From: a virus | Lineage: Duplodnaviria; Caudoviricetes | Reading direction: 5' to 3' (one strand) | DNA length: 60,222 bases | Virus record (IMG/VR): IMGVR_UViG_3300042898_005595 | Location: 1 to 60,222 of that record | Shown here: piece after piece, positions 1 to 7,131 of the stretch | How the letters are laid out: each line of letters begins with the position of its first letter | How positions within the stretch are numbered: position 1 is the stretch's first letter | Translations under genes and position numbers: made by a program | The notes under the pieces: model-generated | Database searches by the model: none | The model's input: the letters and a program-made list of their open reading frames with translations, nothing else | What the model was told of the DNA's origin: nothing

Positions 1-18
1 TGTACCATACTAGCTTCC
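1..18 (-). tRNA. 5' end of a probable further tRNA-like gene, cut by the window edge
   Basis: Minus strand reads GGAAGCTAGTATGGTACA, 10 nt after the preceding tRNA-like gene in the cluster; no anticodon visible. Confidence 0.3.
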
Positions 19-28
19 AATCAATATG

Positions 29-109
29 TCGGCGTGACTGGAATCGAACCAGCATTTTCACTTACCAATTACCCGTAGCAATCTTATCAGGATTGAGGGT
101 TACACGCCG
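29..109 (-). tRNA. Atypical tRNA-Ile(GAU)-like gene without a normal D arm
   Basis: Acceptor CGGCGTG/CACGCCG+A, anticodon arm CAATC-CTGATAA-GATTG, T arm GCTGG-TTCGATT-CCAGT; only 7 nt between acceptor and anticodon stems. Confidence 0.6.
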
Positions 110-824
110 TTTTCTCTTCAAAATGTGTTTCCTTATGACAATTAGAACATAATAAAATACACTTATCAACTTCATTTTTTAATCTTTCAAAAGACCAAGA
201 TTTACCTGAAATGGTGAAATCTTTTTCATTTGGATCCCTATGGTGAAATTCAAGAGCATCTATACATTTTTTATATCTACATCTTTCACACTCACCACCT
301 TTATATTCTACAAGTTCAATTTTCTTTCTCCTTCTCCATTCAACTACTCCTTTTACTAATTGTTTTTTTCTTTTTTGTGAAACAATATTCATAACAGAAT
401 CTCTCGAAACATTTAGTAGTTTGGCTACCTTTCTAGTACTTTTAACTTCTTTATATGTTTCTCTTATCTTTGATTTAGTATCATTTGATATTTCAGAAAA
501 TTTCCTATTCATTATTAGTTCATATTCTCTACATATTTTTCCTATTATTGATTTCGATAGTCCTGTTATTTTTTTAATTTCTTCATAAGTTTTTAATTCT
601 TTTCTTAGTTCAATTACTTCATCAATTTTATCTGTTTCTAGTAAAAAAGAATTTGATTTTTCTTGTCTCTTATTTTTTATTTTTAAATTATTTTTTATTT
701 TCTCGTCATTATTCTCGATTTTAGAACAGTGATAAGAAATTGTGGATTTAGAACAATTTAATTTTTTAGCAATTTCATTATAACTAAATCCAAGTTTTCT
801 GAGTTCTAATATTTCTTTTTTCAT
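87..824 (-). CDS. HNH homing endonuclease with N-terminal helix-turn-helix repeats
   Basis: HTH-like repeats (FSYNEIAKKLNCSKSTISYH); C-terminal CERC..LEFHHRDP..CILLCSNCHKETH. Confidence 0.85.
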   Translation of the reverse strand: MKKEILELRKLGFSYNEIAKKLNCSKSTISYHCSKIENNDEKIKNNLKIKNKRQEKSNSFLLETDKIDEVIELRKELKTYEEIKKITGLSKSIIGKICREYELIMNRKFSEISNDTKSKIRETYKEVKSTRKVAKLLNVSRDSVMNIVSQKRKKQLVKGVVEWRRRKKIELVEYKGGECERCRYKKCIDALEFHHRDPNEKDFTISGKSWSFERLKNEVDKCILLCSNCHKETHFEEKTACNPQS

Positions 825-868
825 TTTGATTAACTTATTTTGTTAATCATATATATTAAAAATCTTTG

Positions 869-939
869 CTCCCCAGGTAGGTTACGATCCTACTTCCTAC
901 GTGTTAACAGCACGTTGCTCGCCACTGAGCTTCTGAGGA
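869..939 (-). tRNA. tRNA-Asn(GUU)
   Basis: Acceptor TCCTCAG/CTGGGGA+G; anticodon arm ACGTG-CTGTTAA-CACGT. Confidence 0.9.
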
Positions 940-952
940 ATATTTCTGTTTG

Positions 953-1025
953 TAGCTCCTGCGGGATTCGAACCCACATTCTCGCTTTAGAAGAGCGATG
1001 TCCTGTCCAGTTGGACGAAGGAGCT
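953..1025 (-). tRNA. tRNA-Arg(UCU)
   Basis: Acceptor AGCTCCT/AGGAGCT; anticodon arm TCGCT-CTTCTAA-AGCGA; GGTTCGAATCC T arm. Confidence 0.92.
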
Positions 1026-1030
1026 TTTTG

Positions 1031-1119
1031 TACCTCAGGTCGGACTCGAACCGACAGTGTTTTCCACGAGGGTGCTAGTTTCTAAAACTAGTGCGTTTCA
1101 ACCGTTTCGCCACTGAGGC
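1031..1119 (-). tRNA. tRNA-Leu(UAG)
   Basis: Anticodon arm CTAGT-TTTAGAA-ACTAG, long variable arm, canonical T arm. Confidence 0.92.
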
Positions 1120-1158
1120 ATCTTGTACCATTTTTTAAAAGGTGGTACTTCCTTTTTG

Positions 1159-1233
1159 TACTCCCCATCGGATTCGAACCGATACCTGTACAGGGTTTAA
1201 GTCTGTTGCCTCTTCCAATTGGGCTACGGGACC
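1159..1233 (-). tRNA. tRNA-Leu(UAA) with short variable arm and acceptor mismatches
   Basis: Anticodon loop CTTAAAC, T arm ATCGG-TTCGAAT-CCGAT; acceptor GGTCCCG/GGGGAGT has two G-G mismatches. Confidence 0.75.
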
Positions 1234-1237
1234 ATAT

Positions 1238-1275
1238 AAAACAAAAAACCCGAACTTCTTTCGAGGTTCGGGTTT
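1238..1275 (-). terminator. Attenuator terminator of the Leu/Arg/Asn/Ile tRNA operon
   Basis: AAACCCGAACCTC-GAAA-GAAGTTCGGGTTT then TTTGTTTT, directly before tRNA-Leu(UAA). Confidence 0.85.
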
Positions 1276-1302
1276 ATATCTTATTTGGAGTTATTTACTT
1301 CA

Positions 1303-1410
1303 TCATGAGATAAATCCAAATTTTGCACAACCCGAACCAGCGGTTCTAATACATAACGTATTCACCACCATCGTGAGATTCAAATTGATATTTAGATTCA
1401 TTGTTTTCAT
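1303..1410 (-). CDS. Leader peptide (35 aa, Asn/Leu-rich) of a tRNA operon attenuator
   Basis: MKTMNLNINLNLTMVVNTLCIRTAGSGCAKFGFIS*; contains GGTTCGGGTT, fully complementary to the terminator 5' arm. Confidence 0.75.
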   Translation of the reverse strand: MKTMNLNINLNLTMVVNTLCIRTAGSGCAKFGFIS

Positions 1411-1457
1411 TATTTCTTATATATTAAAAAGTTTATGTTCCTTTTGATTTTGTTTTA

Positions 1458-1489
1458 CAAATATATGGTGTATTTTTTACACCACCAAA
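1458..1489 (-). promoter_or_regulatory. Bacteroidota-type primary sigma promoter
   Basis: TTTG-N20-TATATTTG matches the -33/-7 consensus TTTG/TAnnTTTG; a second TATATTTG lies at 1524-1531. Confidence 0.75.
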
Positions 1490-1548
1490 TTTATTTTATT
1501 ATTTTTCTGTTTTTATTGTATTACAAATATACAATAAAGTTTTTAAAG

Positions 1549-2316
1549 TTATAGAGATATATTATTACTCTTTAAAACTTCGGCTAGAACTTCAATAGAT
1601 TCTTCTACTCTATCGTATTGAAATATTCCATTACTATTTGGCTTTGGCCAGTAGTTTATTTTCCACTCATATCTTGGATAAACATTGACTACTCTACTTT
1701 CAATATTTTTGTATTTTAAATAGTAACTAAAAATATGATCATCATGCATCGCAATCATATCGTGAAGCTTATATCCATCGATGAACATATTTACCCAATT
1801 ATATAAATCCTCATAATTTAGAATATTTGCTGGGTAAAGAACTCCACGATATCCACCTAACAAATCAACAATATGATAGTCACCATTTATAAATTCACCA
1901 TGGACAAATTTATCATCTTTAATACCCATTATTCCATATACAGAGTCACTACCACACTTATCATGAATATTTTTCAAACATTCTATAGCAGTTGGGAATA
2001 ATCCATTATCATCATCAAATATTAATATTTGATCATCAGATTGTAAGTTATGTTCCTTTAGTGGAGTTAATAGTTTAAGACAAGGTCCTATATCCTGATC
2101 ATAAAAAACTATCCTATTCTCGATAGGATAGTTTTTTAATTTTTCAGATATTTTTTCAATATCAGATTCATCTATAGACTTATTGAGTCTAGGATAAAAT
2201 CTCGATATCGAAACATATAAAAAGTCTGGAATTATTGTACTTAATAATAATTCATCAAGTGTTTTGATGAAATCATCAGTTCTATCGGGTAAAGTAATAA
2301 CAGAAGAGATTATCAT
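1549..2316 (-). CDS. GT-A fold glycosyltransferase-like protein
   Basis: TLPDR start, DIGPCLKL, IFDDD motif, GGYRGVLYP, HDD. Confidence 0.65.
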   Translation of the reverse strand: MIISSVITLPDRTDDFIKTLDELLLSTIIPDFLYVSISRFYPRLNKSIDESDIEKISEKLKNYPIENRIVFYDQDIGPCLKLLTPLKEHNLQSDDQILIFDDDNGLFPTAIECLKNIHDKCGSDSVYGIMGIKDDKFVHGEFINGDYHIVDLLGGYRGVLYPANILNYEDLYNWVNMFIDGYKLHDMIAMHDDHIFSYYLKYKNIESRVVNVYPRYEWKINYWPKPNSNGIFQYDRVEESIEVLAEVLKSNNISL

Positions 2317-2738
2317 TAAACAACTTCTAAAATTTCAATATCAAATACTAATGTCTCACCAGCCAATGGATGATTCGCATCAACTAAGATATTAGAGTCA
2401 TTTATTTCCTTAACTATAAAAGGTACTTCTTGTCCGTTCTTTAGAGTACCTTTCAATGTTTGTCCAATCACAACATTATCAGGAGCCATATTTTTAGGAA
2501 CACTAAGAATCATCTCCTGATTTATCTCACCATATCCTCTTTCTGGATCAATCTGAACAGTTTTTTTCTCACCTGGAATCATACCCAAAACAGCTTCCTC
2601 AAATCCCTGAATTAATTGACCTTCTCCAACAACAAACTCAAGAGCTGTTCTATCATCACGATATGAGGTGTCAAAAATACTATCATTAGTATATTTACCA
2701 GTATAATGTACCTTTACTTTACTTCCGTTTTTAATCAT
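2316..2738 (-). CDS. FKBP-type peptidyl-prolyl isomerase, SlyD-like
   Basis: VKVHYTG..FDTS..GEGQLIQGFEEA..YG..VDANHPLAGETLVFDIEIL. Confidence 0.92.
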   Translation of the reverse strand: MIKNGSKVKVHYTGKYTNDSIFDTSYRDDRTALEFVVGEGQLIQGFEEAVLGMIPGEKKTVQIDPERGYGEINQEMILSVPKNMAPDNVVIGQTLKGTLKNGQEVPFIVKEINDSNILVDANHPLAGETLVFDIEILEVV

Positions 2739-2790
2739 TTCTAATATTTATTTTTAATTTTATTAAAAATAATAGAATAAGTTTAAAATC

Positions 2791-3096
2791 TTAATGTTCC
2801 TGATCATCCCATTCCGTATCATCAGTATATAAATCATCTATATACAAGGATATTTCTTGATATATTTTTTCAACTTGACTATAATCAAACCATCTTGTTT
2901 CAGATTCTAATTCTTGTAAAAATCTAACAAAACTATCTGTACCTGGTTTAAACATTTCAATAAGTTCCTCCTTTGAATGCTCTGGATATTTTAAATCAAT
3001 CCACTCATGGAATATCTCAAAAAGATCTTCTTCTTGTTCAGATGGCAATCCTTGATAATCTTCTTCAAAATCTTCGTACATTTTTAAATAGTTCAT
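2791..3096 (-). CDS. Acidic hypothetical protein with CTS-like N-terminus
   Basis: ORF starting MNYLKMYEDF; TATATA motif upstream. Confidence 0.6.
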   Translation of the reverse strand: MNYLKMYEDFEEDYQGLPSEQEEDLFEIFHEWIDLKYPEHSKEELIEMFKPGTDSFVRFLQELESETRWFDYSQVEKIYQEISLYIDDLYTDDTEWDDQEH

Positions 3097-3137
3097 TACA
3101 AAAAATAATTTTAATTATATATTAAAAATAATTTTAA

Positions 3138-3401
3138 TTAATCAAGATCAAAGATCATTTTATAATATTTTCTAATGTAGTTCGGAAGTTTACCATGTTT
3201 CTCCTCACACCTTTTAAAAAGATCAGCTTGTACAATTGCATTATATTGATCTAAATTATTTGAAAAGACTTTAGTTCGTATATCGATATGTGCATCTGCA
3301 CCATCTTCACCCTTATAAGCGTCTATCAAACTTTTATAAGAACCTGATATCTTTGCAGGTAATACATTATTAGACTCGTTAAACTTTTTTAAATGCTTCA
3401 T
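3138..3401 (-). CDS. Hypothetical protein with CTS-like N-terminus
   Basis: MKHLKKFNES. Confidence 0.6.
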   Translation of the reverse strand: MKHLKKFNESNNVLPAKISGSYKSLIDAYKGEDGADAHIDIRTKVFSNNLDQYNAIVQADLFKRCEEKHGKLPNYIRKYYKMIFDLD

Positions 3402-3469
3402 ATTTTGTAAATGATTTAATTATATATTAAAAAGTCTAATTAAAAATTTCATATTTTAATATATAATAT

Positions 3470-3952
3470 ATGAAATACTTAAAACTATTTGAATCATTTG
3501 ACATAGATGAAGACGCTGAACATCTTAAAGATTTATCTTTGGATTTAAAAGATGAAGGCGAATGGAGTATAACTATTCACACAAATGTTGAAAAGTATAA
3601 TGACGATGATTATTCTACAAGAGTTATTCTTGAACCATTAGATGAATTTGATTGGGATGGTCCGGGAGTTGCCGAGGGTAATACTAAAGGTGGTAAGATA
3701 AATGATACACTAATTCAATATCTGGAAGACATTGTAGAGTATATGGAGGATTATGATTATAAAATAATAGTTGTAGGTGATGGTGATAACCCTATAACGA
3801 TCAACAGCTCACATCATGAAATAAACATAGAAAATGTTGAAGAGTTTAAAAAATGGACACAAAGAGAATTAAAATATCAAAGAAGTGACATAATGACATT
3901 TGGATTTAAAGGTGATTTAATCATTATAGAATTCTATGAAAAAGATATATAA
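3470..3952 (+). CDS. Acidic hypothetical protein with CTS-like N-terminus
   Basis: MKYLKLFESF; AATATATA directly upstream. Confidence 0.65.
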   Translation: MKYLKLFESFDIDEDAEHLKDLSLDLKDEGEWSITIHTNVEKYNDDDYSTRVILEPLDEFDWDGPGVAEGNTKGGKINDTLIQYLEDIVEYMEDYDYKIIVVGDGDNPITINSSHHEINIENVEEFKKWTQRELKYQRSDIMTFGFKGDLIIIEFYEKDI

Positions 3953-3955
3953 CAT

Positions 3956-4822
3956 ATGAAAAAATTCTCTGAGTCACAGATTTCAATTTTTGAATCTCCA
4001 GAACCTCTCGACTTTGTATCACTATTTGAAAAGATGAAAAATCTTAAGTCTTGGCTTTACACGTCAACTGGTCTTGGTATGATGTCTATAATTGATGATA
4101 TATTCAAAGAATATAATTATGAAACATCATTAAATCAAAATCAAATTGATAAGTTTAATAGAGGTGTTGAATTATTGAAAAAAACCTCAATGCCATTAGA
4201 CCACATAAATTTACGACTATCTCAAAAATTACCAGGTGGCATACAAAGTAAAAAATTAGTTTTAGATGAGAATGGCGAATGGGATTATGTCAATAAATTA
4301 AATACAAATTATTTAGATTTATCTGATCTTTTAGTTGAATTAATAAAAAGAGGATGTGATAACAACTATGAAAAGGGTAAATTAGTATATGATTCAATTA
4401 TGAATAATCCCAAACAAGGATTGTTAGAAATAAAACCATACTTAAAAAGATTAATAGTACTTTACTTTATTGAAAAGGGGAAAGGATTGGATGATTTTAA
4501 AAAATTTACGGTATATTCAAAGAAAATGTCTAAGATAGGAGAAGTAGCTGAAGATTCAGTAACAGCCTTTTTACAATCTAAAGGATTTTTAATCGCACAC
4601 TCTGGTGGAAATGGAGATTTTATAGATATGGTTTTCGGTGTTGATTTGATAATTTTTTGTCATACTAATAAAAATCCAGATCTTGTTGGATACAAAAGCG
4701 TCCAGATAAAAAATAGGATTGATGATTGGTCTAAATTAAGTTACTATAAAGTTGATATAGTAGCAGAAACAAACCCAGTAAGGTTCTATAACCTTAAAGA
4801 TAAATCTATTTTAGATCTTTAA
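3956..4822 (+). CDS. Hypothetical protein, possible C-terminal PD-(D/E)xK nuclease fold
   Basis: GEVAE..DMVFGVDLII..SVQIK pattern. Confidence 0.45.
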   Translation: MKKFSESQISIFESPEPLDFVSLFEKMKNLKSWLYTSTGLGMMSIIDDIFKEYNYETSLNQNQIDKFNRGVELLKKTSMPLDHINLRLSQKLPGGIQSKKLVLDENGEWDYVNKLNTNYLDLSDLLVELIKRGCDNNYEKGKLVYDSIMNNPKQGLLEIKPYLKRLIVLYFIEKGKGLDDFKKFTVYSKKMSKIGEVAEDSVTAFLQSKGFLIAHSGGNGDFIDMVFGVDLIIFCHTNKNPDLVGYKSVQIKNRIDDWSKLSYYKVDIVAETNPVRFYNLKDKSILDL

Positions 4823-5405
4823 TTTGGATCATCTTTCTAACAACCGTTTTCAATCCCGGATTCACCAATAGTGCCTCTGGTACAATATTGTGACGAATAC
4901 GATTTCTTGAATAATCAACACAAGAATTAGATTCATCTTCAACAAATGGTACATTTTTATTCTGACACCATTTATAAAATACTGATTTTTCATTAAGTAA
5001 GAATGGTCGAATCACATTTCCTCTAGAATAAGGAATAACCGATTGAAATCCTCTAAGACAAGAGAATAAGTAAGTCTCTACACAATCATCTAAATGATGG
5101 CAAGTAATAATAGGAAAATCAAATTGTGAGAAAAATTCATATCTCAAATCACTCCAAATCTTTTCTTTGTTAGATTTAGGACTTAAATCAGTTCTTCCAA
5201 CAAATAATTTTAAGTTATGAGTTCTACAATATTTTGTAACTAATTCTTCGGCTTTATCTCCATTTTCTGTATTATGATTGAAGTATAGAATATTAGGATA
5301 ATATCCACCATTCAATAGAAAGTTAGCAATCGCCATTGAATCAACTCCACCAGAACAAGCAAGTCCGAATTCTCCTTTTGGAATATTACCTAAAACTTTA
5401 ATCAT
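4806..5405 (-). CDS. tilS: tRNA(Ile)-lysidine synthetase, catalytic domain only
   Basis: SGGVDS PP-loop, FNH, LRY, HHLDDCVET, IRPFL, DESN..RNRIRH; likely ATG at 5405 just after TATATTTG. Confidence 0.88.
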   Translation of the reverse strand: MIKVLGNIPKGEFGLACSGGVDSMAIANFLLNGGYYPNILYFNHNTENGDKAEELVTKYCRTHNLKLFVGRTDLSPKSNKEKIWSDLRYEFFSQFDFPIITCHHLDDCVETYLFSCLRGFQSVIPYSRGNVIRPFLLNEKSVFYKWCQNKNVPFVEDESNSCVDYSRNRIRHNIVPEALLVNPGLKTVVRKMIQIKDLK

Positions 5406-5450
5406 ATACAAATATAATCAAATTATTGTAAATTTCAAGATAATTAATTG

Positions 5451-5525
5451 TGGAGCGTAAGGGAATCGAACCCTGTTTTTCAGAACAACTTGCAAAGTTG
5501 TTTGGTCACGCCTGTACAACGCCCC
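5451..5525 (-). tRNA. tRNA-Ala(UGC) with atypical D region
   Basis: Acceptor GGGGCGT/ACGCTCC+A with G3:U70; anticodon arm ACAAC-TTTGCAA-GTTGT; TTCGATT T loop. Confidence 0.7.
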
Positions 5526-5534
5526 TTTATTTTG

Positions 5535-5608
5535 TGGAGAATATCGGATTTGAACCGATTACCTTTTGTATGCCATACAAACTCTCTAGCCAACTGAGCT
5601 AATTCCCC
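5535..5608 (-). tRNA. tRNA-Ala(GGC)
   Basis: Acceptor GGGGAAT/ATTCTCC with G3:U70; anticodon arm TTTGT-ATGGCAT-ACAAA. Confidence 0.88.
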
Positions 5609-5646
5609 TGGAGCCGGACCCTGGGACTAACAGGGAGTCCTCCGGC
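5609..5646 (-). ncRNA. 38-nt tRNA-minihelix-like element ending in UCCA
   Basis: GCCGGA-GGACT-CCCTG-TTAGTCC-CAGGG-TCCGGC-TCCA, abutting G1 of tRNA-Ala(GGC). Confidence 0.5.
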
Positions 5647-5649
5647 ATT

Positions 5650-6300
5650 TTAAATATCAACTTTTTTAATAACTCTTCCTTTTATCCATCCAATACTTAT
5701 ATAATCATTTAAATCATTTTTATTAATTTTTTTATTTCCGAATTCAATATGATATATCCAACAAGTTCCATATTGAGAATTTTTCTCACCTTTTTGACTT
5801 TTAGAATTTTTTTCACCAATCTTCTTTTTCGATTCTTCTTTATGACTCTTTCCTGTCCAATCAGGTGCCTTTAAAATTCCCAATTCTCTAAGATTTCTAT
5901 TCTGTATAACCATTCTTTCTTTATTTCTTTTTCTGAATTCTGGATTATTCCAATTAATTTTATTCATTGAAATAGCAGCTTTTTTATTTTTTTCCTTTCT
6001 TAGTACAATGTTAGAATTTATTGATTCAAAACAATCACCACCTACAATTATATTATACACATCAATTCTTTTTATAAAACTCTCATTAACTATTTTTTTC
6101 TCCATTTCGTATGCCTCATTCTCACTATCTAATATAAATAATATATCCTTTACAAAATTTTCAACTCCATATTTAATTATGGCTCTTCTAATATATTTTC
6201 CACTTCCCATATAACCATCATTTATATCAGTCGTTGAGTGTTTACCTATGTAAATTTTACCATTTAAGATATTTGTAATTTTATAAATTATATGCAACAT
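5650..6300 (-). CDS. GIY-YIG homing endonuclease (Seg-like) within the tRNA cluster
   Basis: IIYKITNILNGKIYIGKH..YMGSG..YN; NUMOD3-like GKSHKEESKKKIG. Confidence 0.9.
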   Translation of the reverse strand: MLHIIYKITNILNGKIYIGKHSTTDINDGYMGSGKYIRRAIIKYGVENFVKDILFILDSENEAYEMEKKIVNESFIKRIDVYNIIVGGDCFESINSNIVLRKEKNKKAAISMNKINWNNPEFRKRNKERMVIQNRNLRELGILKAPDWTGKSHKEESKKKIGEKNSKSQKGEKNSQYGTCWIYHIEFGNKKINKNDLNDYISIGWIKGRVIKKVDI

Positions 6301-6346
6301 AACAAGAACTATTTATTTTATATATTAAATAGTTCGAGTCCTGTTA
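6299..6346 (-). promoter_or_regulatory. Hairpin occluding the endonuclease start, with TATATA in the loop
   Basis: TAACAG..GAACTATTT-AATATATAAAAT-AAATAGTTC-TTGTTATG. Confidence 0.6.
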
Positions 6347-6354
6347 CTCACAAG

Positions 6355-6425
6355 AGCAAAATGTGGGAATCAAACCCCGTCCCCACATTGGAAGTGTGGT
6401 GCTTTATCATTAAGCTACATTTTGC
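6355..6425 (-). tRNA. tRNA-Gly(UCC), apparent 8-bp acceptor and 4-nt T stem
   Basis: GCAAAATG/CATTTTGC+T; anticodon arm CCACA-CTTCCAA-TGTGG. Confidence 0.75.
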
Positions 6426-6430
6426 TTATG

Positions 6431-6504
6431 TTGGTGAGGTGGGTAACGATCCCACTATCTTGTGTGTATAAGACACATGCTTCTACCGTCTAAGCTACTC
6501 ACCA
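6431..6504 (-). tRNA. tRNA-Ile(UAU)
   Basis: Acceptor TGGTGAG/CTCACCA; anticodon arm TGTGT-CTTATAC-ACACA; T loop ATCGTTA. Confidence 0.85.
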
Positions 6505-6541
6505 AAATAAAAAAACCCAGTCAATTTTCATCGACTGGGTT
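6505..6541 (-). terminator. Attenuator terminator of the Ile/Gly/Ala tRNA operon
   Basis: AACCCAGTCGAT-GAAA-ATTGACTGGGTT then TTTTTATTT. Confidence 0.88.
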
Positions 6542-6568
6542 AAGTTTTTTAGTTTTTAATATTATAAT

Positions 6569-6655
6569 TTAAAAACTTTTTGACATAACACAGTCATTGA
6601 CACCCGCTCCCGCGCCGCCTCCGATTATTGCTATTGTTATGTTTAAAGTTTTCAT
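6569..6655 (-). CDS. Leader peptide (28 aa, Ile/Gly/Ala-rich)
   Basis: MKTLNITIAIIGGGAGAGVNDCVMSKSF*; ATAx3, ATC, GGA GGC GGC GCG GGA GCG GGT. Confidence 0.85.
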   Translation of the reverse strand: MKTLNITIAIIGGGAGAGVNDCVMSKSF

Positions 6656-6716
6656 TTTATTCTATTTTTAATTATATTATTATATATTAGAAAAGTTTTC
6701 TTTCCTAAATTTTTTG

Positions 6717-6799
6717 TTGGAAGAGAGGGATTCGAACCCCCGTACTCCGAAGAGATTTGATTTACAGTCAAACGCATTTAGCCACTCTGCCACCTTCCA
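6717..6799 (-). tRNA. tRNA-Tyr(GUA)
   Basis: Anticodon arm TTTGA-CTGTAAA-TCAAA, long variable arm, GGTTCGAATCC. Confidence 0.92.
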
Positions 6800-6808
6800 A
6801 TATTTTTG

Positions 6809-6879
6809 TAGCCCGTAGGGGTAACGATCCCCTCTTTTTTGGTTGAAAACCAAGAGTCCTTCCTCTAGACGAACGGGCC
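6809..6879 (-). tRNA. tRNA-Glu(UUC)
   Basis: GGCCCGTTCGTCTAG..GGAC; anticodon loop TTTTCAA; T loop ATCGTTA. Confidence 0.88.
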
Positions 6880-6885
6880 AATTTG

Positions 6886-6959
6886 CACTCTTGACGGGAA
6901 TCGAACCCACATCTACATCGGTCTGAGAAACCGGAGTCCTACCGTTAGACGACAAGAGC
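6886..6959 (-). tRNA. tRNA-Glu(CUC)
   Basis: GCTCTTGTCGTCTAACGGTAGGAC; anticodon loop TTCTCAG; GGGTTCGATTCCC. Confidence 0.88.
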
Positions 6960-6965
6960 ATTTAG

Positions 6966-7036
6966 TGGGATAAGAGAGAATCGAACTCTCGTAGCTATGT
7001 TTTACAGACATTCTTGGTTGCCCTGACCTTTATCCC
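6966..7036 (-). tRNA. Atypical tRNA-Tyr(GUA) with short variable arm and odd D arm
   Basis: Acceptor GGGATAA/TTATCCC+A; ATGT-CTGTAAA-ACAT; GAGAG-TTCGATT-CTCTC. Confidence 0.7.
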
Positions 7037-7042
7037 AATTTG

Positions 7043-7116
7043 TACTCTTGACGGGAATCGAACCCGCATCTACATCTGTTTGAAAAACAGGAGTCCTACC
7101 GTTAGACGACAAGAGC
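7043..7116 (-). tRNA. tRNA-Glu(UUC)
   Basis: Near-duplicate of 6886-6959 with anticodon loop TTTTCAA. Confidence 0.88.
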
Positions 7117-7131
7117 ATTTACAATATATTT

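Noticed and set aside
1126-1148. Small hairpin GTACCA..TGGTAC between two tRNA-Leu genes
   Set aside because: Probably a spacer or processing structure; too little evidence for a separate feature
840-1447. Plus-strand ORFs 840-1085 and 1142-1447
   Set aside because: Antisense to tRNA genes and the attenuator; shadow ORFs
5609-6354. tRNA gene interrupted by the GIY-YIG ORF
   Set aside because: No 5' tRNA half upstream; the 38-nt element pairs with itself
6680-6961. 93-aa minus-strand ORF
   Set aside because: Runs through three tRNA genes
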